Source: Paraspadella gotoi
Lineage: Eukaryota; Animalia; Chaetognatha
Direction: 5' to 3'
Assembly: GCA_051294375.1 (NCBI GenBank)
Contig: CM119270.1
Coordinates: 12,558,497 to 12,622,496, forward strand
DNA: 64,000 nucleotides
Shown here: positions 39,297 through 57,652 of the stretch, in pieces
Numbering within the stretch: the first letter of the stretch is position 1
How the letters are laid out: each line of letters opens with the position of its first letter
Position numbers and translations under genes: made by a program
The notes under the pieces: model-generated
What the model was told of the DNA's origin: nothing
The model's database searches: none
The model's input: only the letters and a program-made list of their open reading frames with translations

Positions 39297-41595
39297 AAGA
39301 CGAAAAAAATGTAATAATAAAATACTGAACGAGAGAGTGAGAATTGTGACGTGTGTAAGATAGCAGTAGAAAGATGTGAGTCTACTCTCTCCTGATCACC
39401 TTTATCATCGCCCGGACCAACTTGACCTTACGGGTCGCCTCGGCCCCTATTACTGTGTCCGGTCAATCTAAGGCTCATTTGCCCAAAGCTAGGACAAAGT
39501 GACCGTGTTGGAATAAAGACCGCGCCTCGAAGAAAGAGGAGAGAGGAAGGGTTTAGAGAGAGCAGACCTGTGGTAAGTCGCCTCATCCCCTCCTCAAGTT
39601 GACCTTGGGTTCGAACTGACCCTATTTAAGTTGAGGTGACTTGTACTACTAGTTAAGGACAAAGACTTTACAATATTGTTTCTCCTTGGGGAAAATTTGC
39701 GGCATACATATAAGGTCTAGAGAAACATTGGGGGACCCCACTTAAAAAGGGTTGTCTTTACAATAAATATTTACATATATCTCTTTCAAAAAAATATTAT
39801 GGGAAGAAATTTTACAAAAAGAAGTAGGGAGATAGGAATATCGATTTGTTGGTCAAGTGTTCTGATGATTGCTTGCTATTAGGCAAGCCTGGTTAACATC
39901 ATAAAAATAACCAGCTGTTGATGATTTTTTTTGATGATACTTGCTGTTAGGCCAAGTTGTGAGTCTCGTAACAGTGGCCACCTGGTGATGATTTGGTGAT
40001 AGTGCTGATACACGGTTATCTAATAATCACGGATCTCGCGGAATGACTGATAGTTAAGATCTTTAGACATCTAATACAATATATATCATATTCTTCAGAA
40101 CCCGATATTGGTATTGTCGTGCACGTGCTTGTCTTTGAGGTGAAGTCGTGTTGGTTTTGAGGTGGATCGTTCTGTGATGGCGATACTGTTGCTGTTGCTG
40201 TGGAGCGTTTTGTTGAAGTTGCTGGTTGAGGGGCTATGGCGCCGTGGAGGATATCAGATTCTGTGGGACACGTTGAGTGCGATCGCGTCGCGCCGCTTGG
40301 GTCTGAGAGTCATGTGCTTGCCTATACTTGTCGTTTTGGACTTCTTGCATAACATCCCAGTCTTGCTAGGAGGGAACGAAAAGACGATCGCTCTGTTGCA
40401 CTCGCCTTGTGTGGTCTGTCAACAAAACATATCGATATGGGTGCATGCATAGAGGGTAGAAATTAGATTTGGAAACATAGACAGGATAAAATACATATTG
40501 GAATGCTGGTTCTTGACTCGGCTGTCCTGATGGTCATATCTTGGCTCTTGTCGCGGGCGGGAATGTCCACTGGGTGATTTGGTCTGCTTCTCCTCTTGAG
40601 ACCTAACTTTAAGGGCCGCAGTGTAGCGTACTAGCGATGTGTCGCTTTGGACCGCGGAGTCAGGAAACCACTTGCTGAGTCGCGCAAGACTGCTTCGAGC
40701 GGAATGATTGAATTCAGGCATGCGCGTCTTGTCTGGATGATGCCTAACTTTGGAGGGAACGGTATTGGTCTCCTTTAGCGACGTCAGATGCTAAACGTCA
40801 GTGATAAGTCAGAATTTGGCTTTGCACGTTCTCCACCTATACTACTTTAGGTGCATTGCTGCTCATTTGCCGTTAGGGCCCATGTGGTTTATCGCTGATA
40901 TACACTCAATAGCGCCTCTGGGATTTGCTACTTCGGTTTGATTCCGAATACATTACCTAGTACTTGCGTGGAGTCGACTCGTCTTGATTAGTCATGTCTT
41001 AGTTGAGATCGCAGAATGAGTCACTGTAAATAAGAACCCGGGTAAGTGTATTTTGAACCGAATATAAAGTGCGCCGGACTTGCCAGGTAGAACAAACCTC
41101 TTTGCGCTCATCTCAAATGAGGTCTTCATTTGGTAACGAGTGAAACTGTGTTTCGAAAAATGAACCACAGTCTCGCTCATGCGGTTGAGCTACGCGGTGG
41201 TAGATAGTCGCGAGAGCTCCTTAGTAGTCTATACAGCATGGCGCCAGTTGATGCGTTCACTCAATTCCCTACGAAGTGAGTAAGTCGTTCCTATTCGGTC
41301 GAGAGTGCACGTAGGCTCGCGTACATCTTCACGATTCCGCTTCGGGCGGGCCGGGAGCTGAGTGCCAGAAGTCTAGCGGAGTCCGCGCAGCTCTCTGAAT
41401 GCATAGCGCATTGTCTGCTACGGAATGTCTCACTGCGAGCAGGACTTAGTCGCCGGAGAGGAGAAGCCATGGGTACTGTATAGAGCAAGTCCGCGAGGGA
41501 GACACACGACACGCCGGTTTGGGCTCCGAACGAGGTTAGAAGACGCGCTGAGAGGGTGCGTAATCAGTCGATCTGAGGGCCGCTGATAGGTAGTG
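39297..41595 (-). mobile_element. Probable 3' part (integrase core, UTR, LTR) of the Gypsy element; too degraded to resolve
   Basis: Absent from the other duplicate copy (breakpoint ~39296 vs ~55345), contiguous with pol and compositionally distinct; no LTR pair identifiable. Confidence 0.45.
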
Positions 41596-43960
41596 CTAAG
41601 GCAACCGACTCACACATAGCTCGAAGAGTGAATAGAATGTGTATCGTATATCGGCCCTGGAACGATGGTAGACTATCGAGGTAATGCGCCTCAAGATGAG
41701 ACGACGCATGGTGTAAGTCGTTGTACCTTGCTGCGGCTGGCAGTCAAGGCAAGCCTGAGCCCATTTTGCCACGTCTGACGCGGCTTTGGGCCAACAAATC
41801 TCTTTGTTTACAGGCTTTTTTGTGCATCTGACGGCTCGGTGAGCTAGGTTGTGGATGGCTATCATAAACTCGACGGGCGCCAAGTTGTGGGAACCAAGGC
41901 GCGCCCTGCTGAACTGACATCACAGTGATGTCAAAGTCGTTCGGCGAACTACTTGAATTGCGCAGGGCTGGTGTGGCGTCCGCTCAGGAGTCGCTGGATC
42001 TCCTCGTCGGAAACTCTGGTCCACCGGCTAAAGCGGGCAAAATCGACGCCTTGGGGGCCAACTGCGTTGACCGTTGCGACAAAGAGGGCATTTACTGAAG
42101 GTCCCTGAATAATCCTTCAGGTTCTGGGCCACTGCTTGCTGGGCTGATGATTCTTGATAGTGTGTCGGCTACCAGTTGGCTGCCTCAATATGTATCGATG
42201 TCTGTTGTGTTTTCGGAGTGGCAGATAATTGATATGTTTGACGCATTGAGTGTGGCTCAGATTCTTGCGTATGGCGGGAACTCGGCTGTTCTGGTGCAGA
42301 GAACAGAACGAAGTAGGCGCCTTCGGAAGGGCTGAAGTGCGGACTGAAGCGGTTGTGGGGTCAAGGAGTTCCCGGTGAAAGGTGGCCATTTTTGTCTGGT
42401 TCTGACTTACGGGGCTGCGAAAAAGCTAAGGGTTGGCCATTTGACCACCAATTTCTGCTTCAGGACGCCGCCGATGGCCGTCAGTGACGATCGACGGTCA
42501 GGGCCAGAGGTGGCCCCGTCCACAGGGTGGACAAGGCATAGTTGCAATTTGTAGAGCTTCTTCGACTGTTGAAGGCCGAGTCATTTCTCGGTCCATTTAA
42601 GGACTCGGGGGTACTTTTAAGGCTTGGTATAATGGTGTAAGGACTTCGGCGATATGTGGATGAAACGCCGGTAGTAGTTGAAGCATGCCAAGTATTTTGA
42701 ACCTCTTTGACTGATGTTGGCTGGGGGAATTGCTTGATGTGTTCAACTTTTGTGTCCAGATGGCCTGAACGCCTAGTTGCGTCTACCTGGTAACGCGGAA
42801 AGTCGACGTGATTGGTACGCCAGTGACACATTTTGCCCTGTTCAAAACTAACCATTTGCTTGCAGGGTGTCAACAGTAGTGTGAGATACTTGCATGTGTC
42901 TTCTTCATTGGTTGAGGCGACAGGATGTCATCTTTAGATATACAAAGATGTGTGTGGTACTCTTTGGAGGGCTTCATCCATCATCCTTTTGAAAATCGGA
43001 CCTGCATCTTGAGGCCAAATGGGGTGAACGGAAATTCCCACGAGCACAAAGGAGTTATGACGGCTGTTTTGCAAATTATCCTGCTCTGCTACAGGACTTG
43101 ATGGTAGCCTTTACAAAGGTCTACTTTTGAAAAAATTGTTTTTGCCGCGACATGTGCATTGAAAATCCAATCAAATTTTTTGATGGGTAGCGGTTGTCTT
43201 TTGTGACTGCGCTTGCAGGCGCCTGTAGTCGCCGCAAGCATCTGAGTGAAGCCGTCTGGTTTTTTCACCACATGTAGTGGTGATGCCCACAGCACTCTGC
43301 TCTTCCTTTAATGCCCAGCTTCTCCATTTTTGCAAATTCCTTCTTTGCTGCTTTGAAGTTTGTCAGCCAAGTCGGCGTGCTTGGGAATGGACAAGGCGGC
43401 CCTCCGGTTGGATATGTGGTGTTCTCACCATGCTTTGGGTCTTCGAAGGGTCAAATCTGAGTGTGTGTGAGTTCTGGGCGTTCGTCAATCAATTTGAAAA
43501 TAGGCATTATTGACGTGTATTGACTTGACAAGCCCTGTCGCAGAATAGATTTGCTGTGATTGTTGAAAAATCTGTCGAAGATCGAGAGTAGGCCGAGGCT
43601 TGTGGTCGCGCTAAATGATGCTTCCATCAGAAAATCAGCTCAAGGATAGGGGTCGTAACGTCAGCAGTAGGTTGTTGTGTGTATGTGCGTCTTCCTAGTC
43701 TGATAGTGATTTGTTTGTGGCCGTAGAAGAGATTGAAGACCCGGTTGTGCAGCAATGAAGTTGAGGCGCGGAGCCACGCGAGCTTTTTCTGAGTGGAGAA
43801 GGTCCATCAAAGTGACGCTTGCACGCACCGTCCACAAGCCATGTCAATGTTGATGTTTGTCATACACGTGCAGTAAGGTTCTATACCTACCAGCACGGGT
43901 TTACTGCCTCCGGCGCCTGGCTCGGCCGTTTCCCCGCTTGCATCCTGGGTCCGCATTTGA
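41596..43960 (-). mobile_element. Ty3/Gypsy LTR retrotransposon pol (PR-RT-RNaseH-IN), heavily frameshifted
   Basis: Minus-strand order: protease-like WLVD.GA (~43835); RT WASPLHVVKKPDG and IFSKVDLCKGYHQV (43295-43089), KTAVITP, FVYL.DDIL (~42945-42920); RNase H LALTVD and QPLAFF (~42510-42415); integrase zinc finger IHNLAH..WP....DVAKWAQACLDCQ (41883-41735). Integrase after RNase H is the Gypsy order. Confidence 0.9.
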
Positions 43961-44457
43961 AATGCGTCTCCAATGTCCTTGATAGAAACAGAAGTCCGTT
44001 GACGAGGTCAGGAAGAGGAATTAAATGGCATTTGCCCCGTAGTGAATATTAGTGAGACTAGTTTTCACTTTCAGCTCTTTTCAATGTGCGGCGCTTTCTC
44101 TGAATCCTTGACAGCTGGTTTTCCCATCAATTTTCCACGCCATAGCAATCACACATTTTCACACTTTCTTTTTTTCACGGTCGCCGACAACCCTAAGATC
44201 CTTCTTCCCGCTTTTCACAGTTCAACAGTGAACAGTCTCCCCACCTCCCCTTAAGTCATTCACCACCTGTGACTCGCTCAACATTCACCAATTTTCAAAT
44301 CCCCGCCTCACGTCCTCTCCTGCGACACGCCTCCCTCCCTCCCCAATTCTATCGGACTGGCCAAACGGGCATGGCATGGCATGGCAATAATGCCCCAGTC
44401 TTCGCTTCGTCAGTATTCTCTACCTCACGTCCCTCTCTCTCAATCTCTCTCTCTCTC

Positions 44458-44489
<32 letters not shown>

Positions 44490-44546
44490 GCTCTCTCGCT
44501 CCGCCCCCCTCGCTTTCTCCCTTCTCCTCCGCCTCTCCCATCTCAC

Positions 44547-51188
<6,642 letters not shown>

Positions 51189-53554
51189 CACCTTTATTAA
51201 ATATAATTATGATCACACAGAAAAGCTGTTGCCATTCCCCAATGTGAGGTTAAAAATAAGTGTTCATTTGTTCTCGTTTAGGCCAGATGGCACTGTGGTA
51301 TTCAAAGTGAAAGTGGATCGGGAAACAAAAAGCAAAGGCTTTAAATTTTTAACCTTTATTAATTTCGAATCACGACGATTTATCTTCTGGAACTCTCACG
51401 GTACTTTTGGCTTTTGGGTATTTCAATAAATACATACTATATAAAAACATAAAAAAATAAACAGAATACCGGGTACGGAGCTATTTCGCTCCTAAGGCCG
51501 GCTTTTTTAGTTTAAAATTAATTTTGAGGAATTCAATAATAAGACTCTGTGGCGAATCCGAAATTCGCCTCCCGTCAAGCTTTGGCGAAAATGAGCTCGT
51601 CCCATTGACTTGGGAGTGAGTAAGTGCCGTGTTCAATCTCCTCGCGGTCATTCCGGTTAAAGTGTGATGGTGTCGACATAAACACGCCAGTGATAAGGGG
51701 TGATCATTGCCGGACCAAAGCCCAGTGCGCCAGATGTCGGGAGATGCCTCTCACCATGGGTATCACACATGTCCTCCCGTTGCCATAACTCATTATATTG
51801 CTAAAGAATTCCGATCTTTTTACATTCGTTTATATGTTAATATCGTGTTTGTTATTAATAAAAAAAATAAAATTAAAGGTTAATTTTCTTCCTCTCTTTT
51901 TCCCTCTCTCTCTTTCTCTCTCTCTCTTAATCATCTCTCTCTCTCTTTCTCAAGCAGCACTATCGCTTAATATTAGCCTATCAATGTGTTGCATCTCCAA
52001 ACCATAGACTAAATAGACTTTTTCCGGTTTTTCCGGTCGCACATTATAATTCGAATCAGTCAGCTTTTTACATTAGCGCAGTTTTTTTTACCACCTATGT
52101 CCTTCACCAAAATTTTCTTTCATGCTTCTTAACTGAAATACTCTTTAAATGCTAATTTAAGTATTTTTACTTTTCTTATAAAAATTCGTTACGGGCCAAA
52201 CATCAGACGCTCGTCCGCGTTAGCATGAGAATAAGCGACAATTCTCACAATTATTTTTTGTTAAATAATATAAAATAGAATTAATAATATACGGAGAGAT
52301 ATATATATGTGAAATTTCCTTCGATTTCACGCTAGCAAAATCTGGCGTTCAAGGCGTCGCCCGTCCCTTGCAAGTTTGACGAGGGTAAAAAACGAAGAAA
52401 ATATTTACAAACAATTTATTGTCACATAAAATACCCGTAAAACTCAAGTTGAGGACGTTTACAGAAAGTCAAAAAACAAACTAAAGGTTGCTCAGAAGTC
52501 TCCCCCAAATTTTGGCGAGACAGACAGACAGACCATAAAGATATTGACGTATCAAGAGAGAGGGAAGGCGAGACATAATATTTATCAATATATATGGATA
52601 TGAGGTTGAATTAAAACATTCGGATATTATTTACCTGTTATTTTATTTGTGATTAAGTTTTAAAAAATTATCATATATTTTTAAATAGTATTTAATATTT
52701 ATTTTTATTACAATTTTATATATTTTTTTAAAATTATATTTAAGTTCTAATAGATAGAACTGCATTTTGAGAATATATTTGTATCTATATCTTTAATGAA
52801 AAAATATGATTGAAAGATATTTTGTTATCTCGCGTCGGGTCTGTCTTTTTTAGTCATTTGAGTTGACCCTTATCTTTTCACCGTTCTAATCGCTTTCTCG
52901 TGGCTTTCTTTCGGCCGAAAACCTCGTCACTTGTTATTCGAACGCGTTATTAATCTGACGGTGTGCCATCCTGGTTTTTTCGACTTAACTTTTAGTTCCT
53001 CCCAATATTTTTGGAACACGATCATTTTGGAACGTTACATTTTGATTTAGTTGGGTTTCAACAAAGTAAGTTAAGCATCGAGCAGTTCGTAAACCGTTTC
53101 TCCCAAGACTTCAAACTCTCTCTTTCTCTCTCTCTCTTTGTATGAAATTGGTACATATATATATATATTAGGCCGGAACAGGTTGAAAACTAGAAGTTCT
53201 CTCAAATAAATAATGGTTAAGTGACTGTTAGAGAATATGAAAATGAATATAATTTTTAATATTTATCTTATTAATTAGCGCTCGGAAGCATTTAAAATTG
53301 ATTTAGTAATAGAAGGAAAAAATGATTTTTTTTTTAGAGAACTAGAAGTTATAAAAAGTGTTCAATTTTGCCCCGCCTTAATATATAAGTCAGGGCCGAC
53401 TGATTGGTTCCAAGATTGATCTGCGAGTCCTCTGTTTTTTTTTTTCCGAAGTTTTTTCGTAACATAATCACTTGGGTTCCAATTTTAACCACGTAAAATT
53501 AGTTTATCATTGATTATTACAATTAACCAAGTACATATCTACGATATGTATATA

Positions 53555-53690
53555 TAGAGAAAAGTTTGAAATGAATTCGACAACGATTTATTTGAAACAA
53601 TAATAACGTTGAAGGCTTGAAGAGCCGAAACATATCCGTTATTATTGTTTCAAATAAATCGTTGTCGAATTCATTTCAAACTTTTCTCTA
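53555..53690. mobile_element. Perfect 54-bp hairpin with a truncated hammerhead-like loop (Penelope-like remnant); noisy copy at ~37457-37594
   Basis: 53555-53608 is the exact reverse complement of 53637-53690. Loop is ttgaaGGCTtgaagAGCC-GAAAcatatc. It shares gagccgaaacat, aataaa..tcgttgt and ttctcta with the 36990-37172 element. Confidence 0.6.
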
Positions 53691-53877
53691 AACCTCAACC
53701 ACAACGAAACAAAAGGATTATAATGTCTGATAATTTTGTATAAACATTAATGCGGAAAAAAAAACTATTTTTTAAATTTTTTTTCGGGTTAAAAAAAATT
53801 TAAAGAATATTTACGTATTTGATATTATTTTACAATATACAAAGTCAATAACCTCGACCTCTAAAGGAAAACGTACA

Positions 53878-56800
53878 ATGGCGCCGCAAAGAAGAATTTT
53901 GACGCTGCTCTTGGTCTCGCTACTTGCCTTTAGGGCTGAGAGTCTCAAATGCTGGGGACAAAGTTTTAAGGAACTAAAACATTGCTCGGTAAAGGAATTG
54001 TTAAATAAAATATAGAAAAAAAATTAAGAAAGAAAATCTAGGATTTGTTTTCAGACTTCGGGCATGGGAGAGGTCGATACAACAACCTGCTCAACTATAA
54101 CATGTCCGAGTTCAAAGGTAATGGAATTTTTCTCGAGACTCTTGACCTTACCAACTAAGCTGGTAAAATTCTTCCAAAAAAATATTCGATATTCAAAGGA
54201 AAACGTCGACTCTAGTATTGTGCCAGTTACATGGTGACAATTTTACAAGCGCCGGTACAATAACGCTGTCCTTTGCAAAGCCATGAAGATTTTTTCAATG
54301 TTAAATATGAAATAGAAAGTAAAAACCAAAACTATTTATATATGCAAATCTTATCAGAATCGACTTTGAAATGCCTCAGCAATGATAGCTGGATTTGAAA
54401 ATTGTCTCTGATTTTTAAACTCACTTTTTTTTTATTCGATTTTTTTCTCTTACTTTCAGTAAGTTTTCTGAATAAATTTGAAATAGAAAAATAATAAAAA
54501 TATTATCTTCAGAAAGCCCTTTCAAATCTAAAGAGAATGACGTACTTACGAATACTGTAGTATAAAATTTAACCGGCCCAGCTTTAATTTAATTAATCTT
54601 TTCAAAAATCAATAGCTGGAGGGTAAATTTAATATTTTTATCAAATTGTGATGGGCTATCTTAAATATTTTTTCTCAGGCTCTTTCATGATACTTATATA
54701 AATAATAATATTTTATGAAATTGGTACAACCAATATAAAAATTATCCATTCATTTAATAAATAAGCTATCTTGCCCCTGACTTTGGACAGGCTTTGGTGG
54801 TTTAAGGCCTCCATCACTCTTACAAGATAATTACATAGCAGGTGCCTGCAAGCTTTCAATCAAGACTCTCTCGCAGTCCCGTTTATTCACTCCCAGAGTA
54901 CCTGGCTTCCCTATCAATGAAGTGGAAAATATTTCAAAGAATGTTTCAATTGTATGAAAAGACCACTCCCTTAAGTATTAGATCGGGGAATACTTATTGT
55001 ACTCCGCACTAGCATCAAAATACAAGGAGCTGAATTTTATGAAATTGGTACAACCAATATAAAAATTATTAATTCATTTAATAAATAAGCTATCTTGCCC
55101 CTGACTTTGGACAGACTTTGGTGGTTTAAGGCCTCCATCACTCGTACAAGATAATTACATAGCAGGTCCCTGCAAGCTTTCAATCAAGACTCTCTCGCAA
55201 TCCCGTTTATTCACTCCCAGAGTACCTGGCTTCCCTAATAATTTAAATAGGTCATATATTTTACAAAAAGATTTAAAATTTTAGATAATTCACTTTTGAC
55301 TCTCATAATTGAACCATGGCTGGGCAGCTTAATTTTTATGTAGAGCTTTCGTAAGTATATCATTCTCTTCATATTTTTAAGGGATTTCTGAAGATATTAA
55401 TATTGTTAATATCTTAATAAATACTTTGTTTAAAAAAGTGGTAAAAGTAAAAAAAAATCGAATTTAAAAACAGTGAGCTGGAAAATGAAACCCGATTTTA
55501 AAAGCCGGCACTTTTTTTCATCGATGCCCCCTTTCTGCGGCTCCTGAAGCAGCTGACTAAAACACACGCACAAAACTGTCTCTTTTGCTACTTCCATCGT
55601 CGCTTTATGAGTCACTCCCTTCGTTGTCGCTCTCACCGTCGCAACTGCTTCCTCCATCGTTCAAATTATCATTTCTGTTAATCTCGATCCTGACCGATGA
55701 GTCACCAAGCAAGACAGAATTTCTTTTTGTAAAAGTAGCGAAAGGAAAGACAACCCTATTCCCTAACCTTAATCCCTAACCTTAATCCCTAACCCTAATC
55801 CCTAACCCTATCCCTTAATCTAACCTTATCCCTAACCGAAACCCTAAACTATTAATACATTGTTAAAATTATCGTCGTTTTTGTCGATCCCGATCTTGAC
55901 TGAGTCATCCAGCCAGAGAAAGAGAGAGAGTGAGCAAGAGAGATTCGCTGCTTCGTTATACGGCAAGGGGGCAATAAAGAGAATTTCGTCCTAAAAACAA
56001 GTTTGAGCAAACAATGTTGCATCTGCCTATGATAATTTAGCAGTCATCAGTTAAACAGATAATAATCATGATTTTTTTTTATGATCTCTAAGTCAATCAA
56101 TAAGTCAAAGGGCGAAATGCTTTTCGTTGCCCCCTTGCCTTATGACGGAGCAGCGAATCTCTCTTGCTCTCTCTCTCTTTCTCTCTCTGGCTGTATGACT
56201 CAATCAAGATCAGGATCAACAAAAACTACAATAATTTGAACGATGTATTAATTGTTTAGGGTTTCGGTTAGGTATACGGTTAGATTAGGGGATAGAAATT
56301 AGGGTTAGGGGTCAGGGTTAGGGATTAAGGTTAGGGATTAAGGTTAGGGAATAGGGTTGTCTTTCCCTTCACTACTTTTACTCATCAGTCAGGAGGAGAT
56401 CGACAGAAACGACGACGATAAATTGAACGATGGAGGAAGCAGTTTTGACATTGTTTGCTCAAAGTTGTTAATTATGATAACGTTTTTAGTCGGATCTGCT
56501 TATCAGCAGATTCCGACTCTATTATTCACTTAGTCGGTCCGTCGGTCCCACCCCAAAATCTTGTCGGTAAATCATTATTATCGAATTATGATAAATTATG
56601 CAAAAAAAAAAGATGTCCGCCCGTCCGTCCATCCGTACGTCTGTACGTCTGTCCGTCCATCCGTCTGTCCGTCCCACCTTAGCAAAAAAAACTCTATTTA
56701 CTCGTGATTGGATGGATGCATTGGAATGAAATTTTGTGTGTGGGTAGGGAGGTGTGTGATCGAGCTGTATATGAAGTTTCGATGGAATCGTGCGAGTGAA

Positions 56801-57652
56801 AATGAAAATGGAAATGAAAATGAAAATGGAAAAAAACAGAAAAATCTATTTCACTATTTTATTATTCTTCTTTTTCTTTTTATATTAAATGTAAATTCAA
56901 GTTGTATTAATTACTTAAATAATTAATTAGTCAATTAGTCAATTAATTAATCAATAATTAATTAATCAGTCAATTAATCAATAAATTGATTATTCAATCG
57001 ATCAATTTTTTTATCTATTAATTAATTATTCAATCAATAAATTTAATTATAAATTGATTAATTATTTAATCGGTCAATCAATCAATCAATCAATCAAGTA
57101 AGTCAATCATAATCGGCATTATTGTCATCATTGCCATCATTGTCGTCGTTGCTTTTAACGTGGTCAGTGACGAAAAGACCTAAAAACAAACATTAATTAA
57201 TTAATTAACTTAAATTAATTAATTAATTTCCGCTAATTATCGTGGGCAGATCCGTCATTGTTTGCTCAAACTTATTAACAGTATAAATGCGCTCGAACGG
57301 TGACATCCGTTCCACAAATAACTACAACCGCATTAACGGGCTGCATACGGTCGGATAGTTTGAAATGCGTTGAATTTAAAGACAAAGCTGGAGAACTAGG
57401 TATTTACCCGAGTTTAACAGTCTGGAAAAGTTCTTTTTATTAATGCTAACTTTCTACAATATCATTCAAACGGAACGCAATATTTTAATTTACGCTTTAA
57501 TACGCATATAGTAAGTGAACTCTTTCTTCACAGAGTCTAAAACGTGTTTCTGTGATGACAAGGATTATTGCAATGGCTCCTCCAACGCTGCAGCTTCTTT
57601 CTTTCTCATCATCGTCGGTTTCGTCGTCAGCGTATACACGATCAGAGCATAA
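53878..57652 (+). CDS. Ly6/uPAR (three-finger, quiver/sleepless-like) secreted GPI-anchored protein, 136 aa, 4 exons
   Basis: Exons 53878-53988, 54055-54117, 57282-57399 and 57534-57652, all GT-AG with matching phases, 411 nt: MAPQRRILTLLLVSLLAFRAESLKCWGQSFKELKHCSTSGMGEVDTTTCSTITCPSSKYKCARTVTSVPQITTTALTGCIRSDSLKCVEFKDKAGELESKTCFCDDKDYCNGSSNAAASFFLIIVGFVVSVYTIRA*. Signal peptide, LxC start, 10 Cys, CxC..CN end and a hydrophobic GPI-type tail. Confidence 0.88.
54711..55236 (+). repeat. Local direct repeat: ~200 bp present twice, ~325 bp apart (also at ~38645-39183)
   Basis: ttttatgaaattggtacaaccaatataaaa..cccagagtacctggcttcccta at 54711-54913 and 55036-55236. Confidence 0.9.
55643..56444. mobile_element. 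Foldback pair of ~320-bp diverged repeats containing telomere-like (CCCTAA/TTAGGG) variants
   Basis: 55643-55974 is the reverse complement of 56127-56444 (aactgcttcctccatcgttcaa / ttgaacgatggaggaagcagtt; ggcaagggggcaa / ttgcccccttgcc); the arms differ mainly by substitutions. Confidence 0.75.
56485..57276 (+). mobile_element. Helentron-associated non-autonomous element (HINE/DINE-1-like)
   Basis: 5' poly-T, then palindrome agtcggatctgc-ttatca-gcagattccgact; (GTCC/GTCT)n tract at ~56614-56674; ttggaatgaaattt motif; 3' subterminal inverted repeat gcagatccg at 57246, ending ..aaacttatt. A second 3' end lies on the minus strand at ~55993-56041. Confidence 0.7.

Noticed and set aside
54216-54290. 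Alternative Ly6 exon 3 (ctag|YCASYMVTI..)
   Set aside because: Weak pyrimidine tract, an early stop and no clear donor; the exon at 57282 completes the 10-Cys pattern.
55750-55850. Telomere or interstitial telomeric array
   Set aside because: Short, degenerate and embedded in both arms of a dispersed-repeat-like element.
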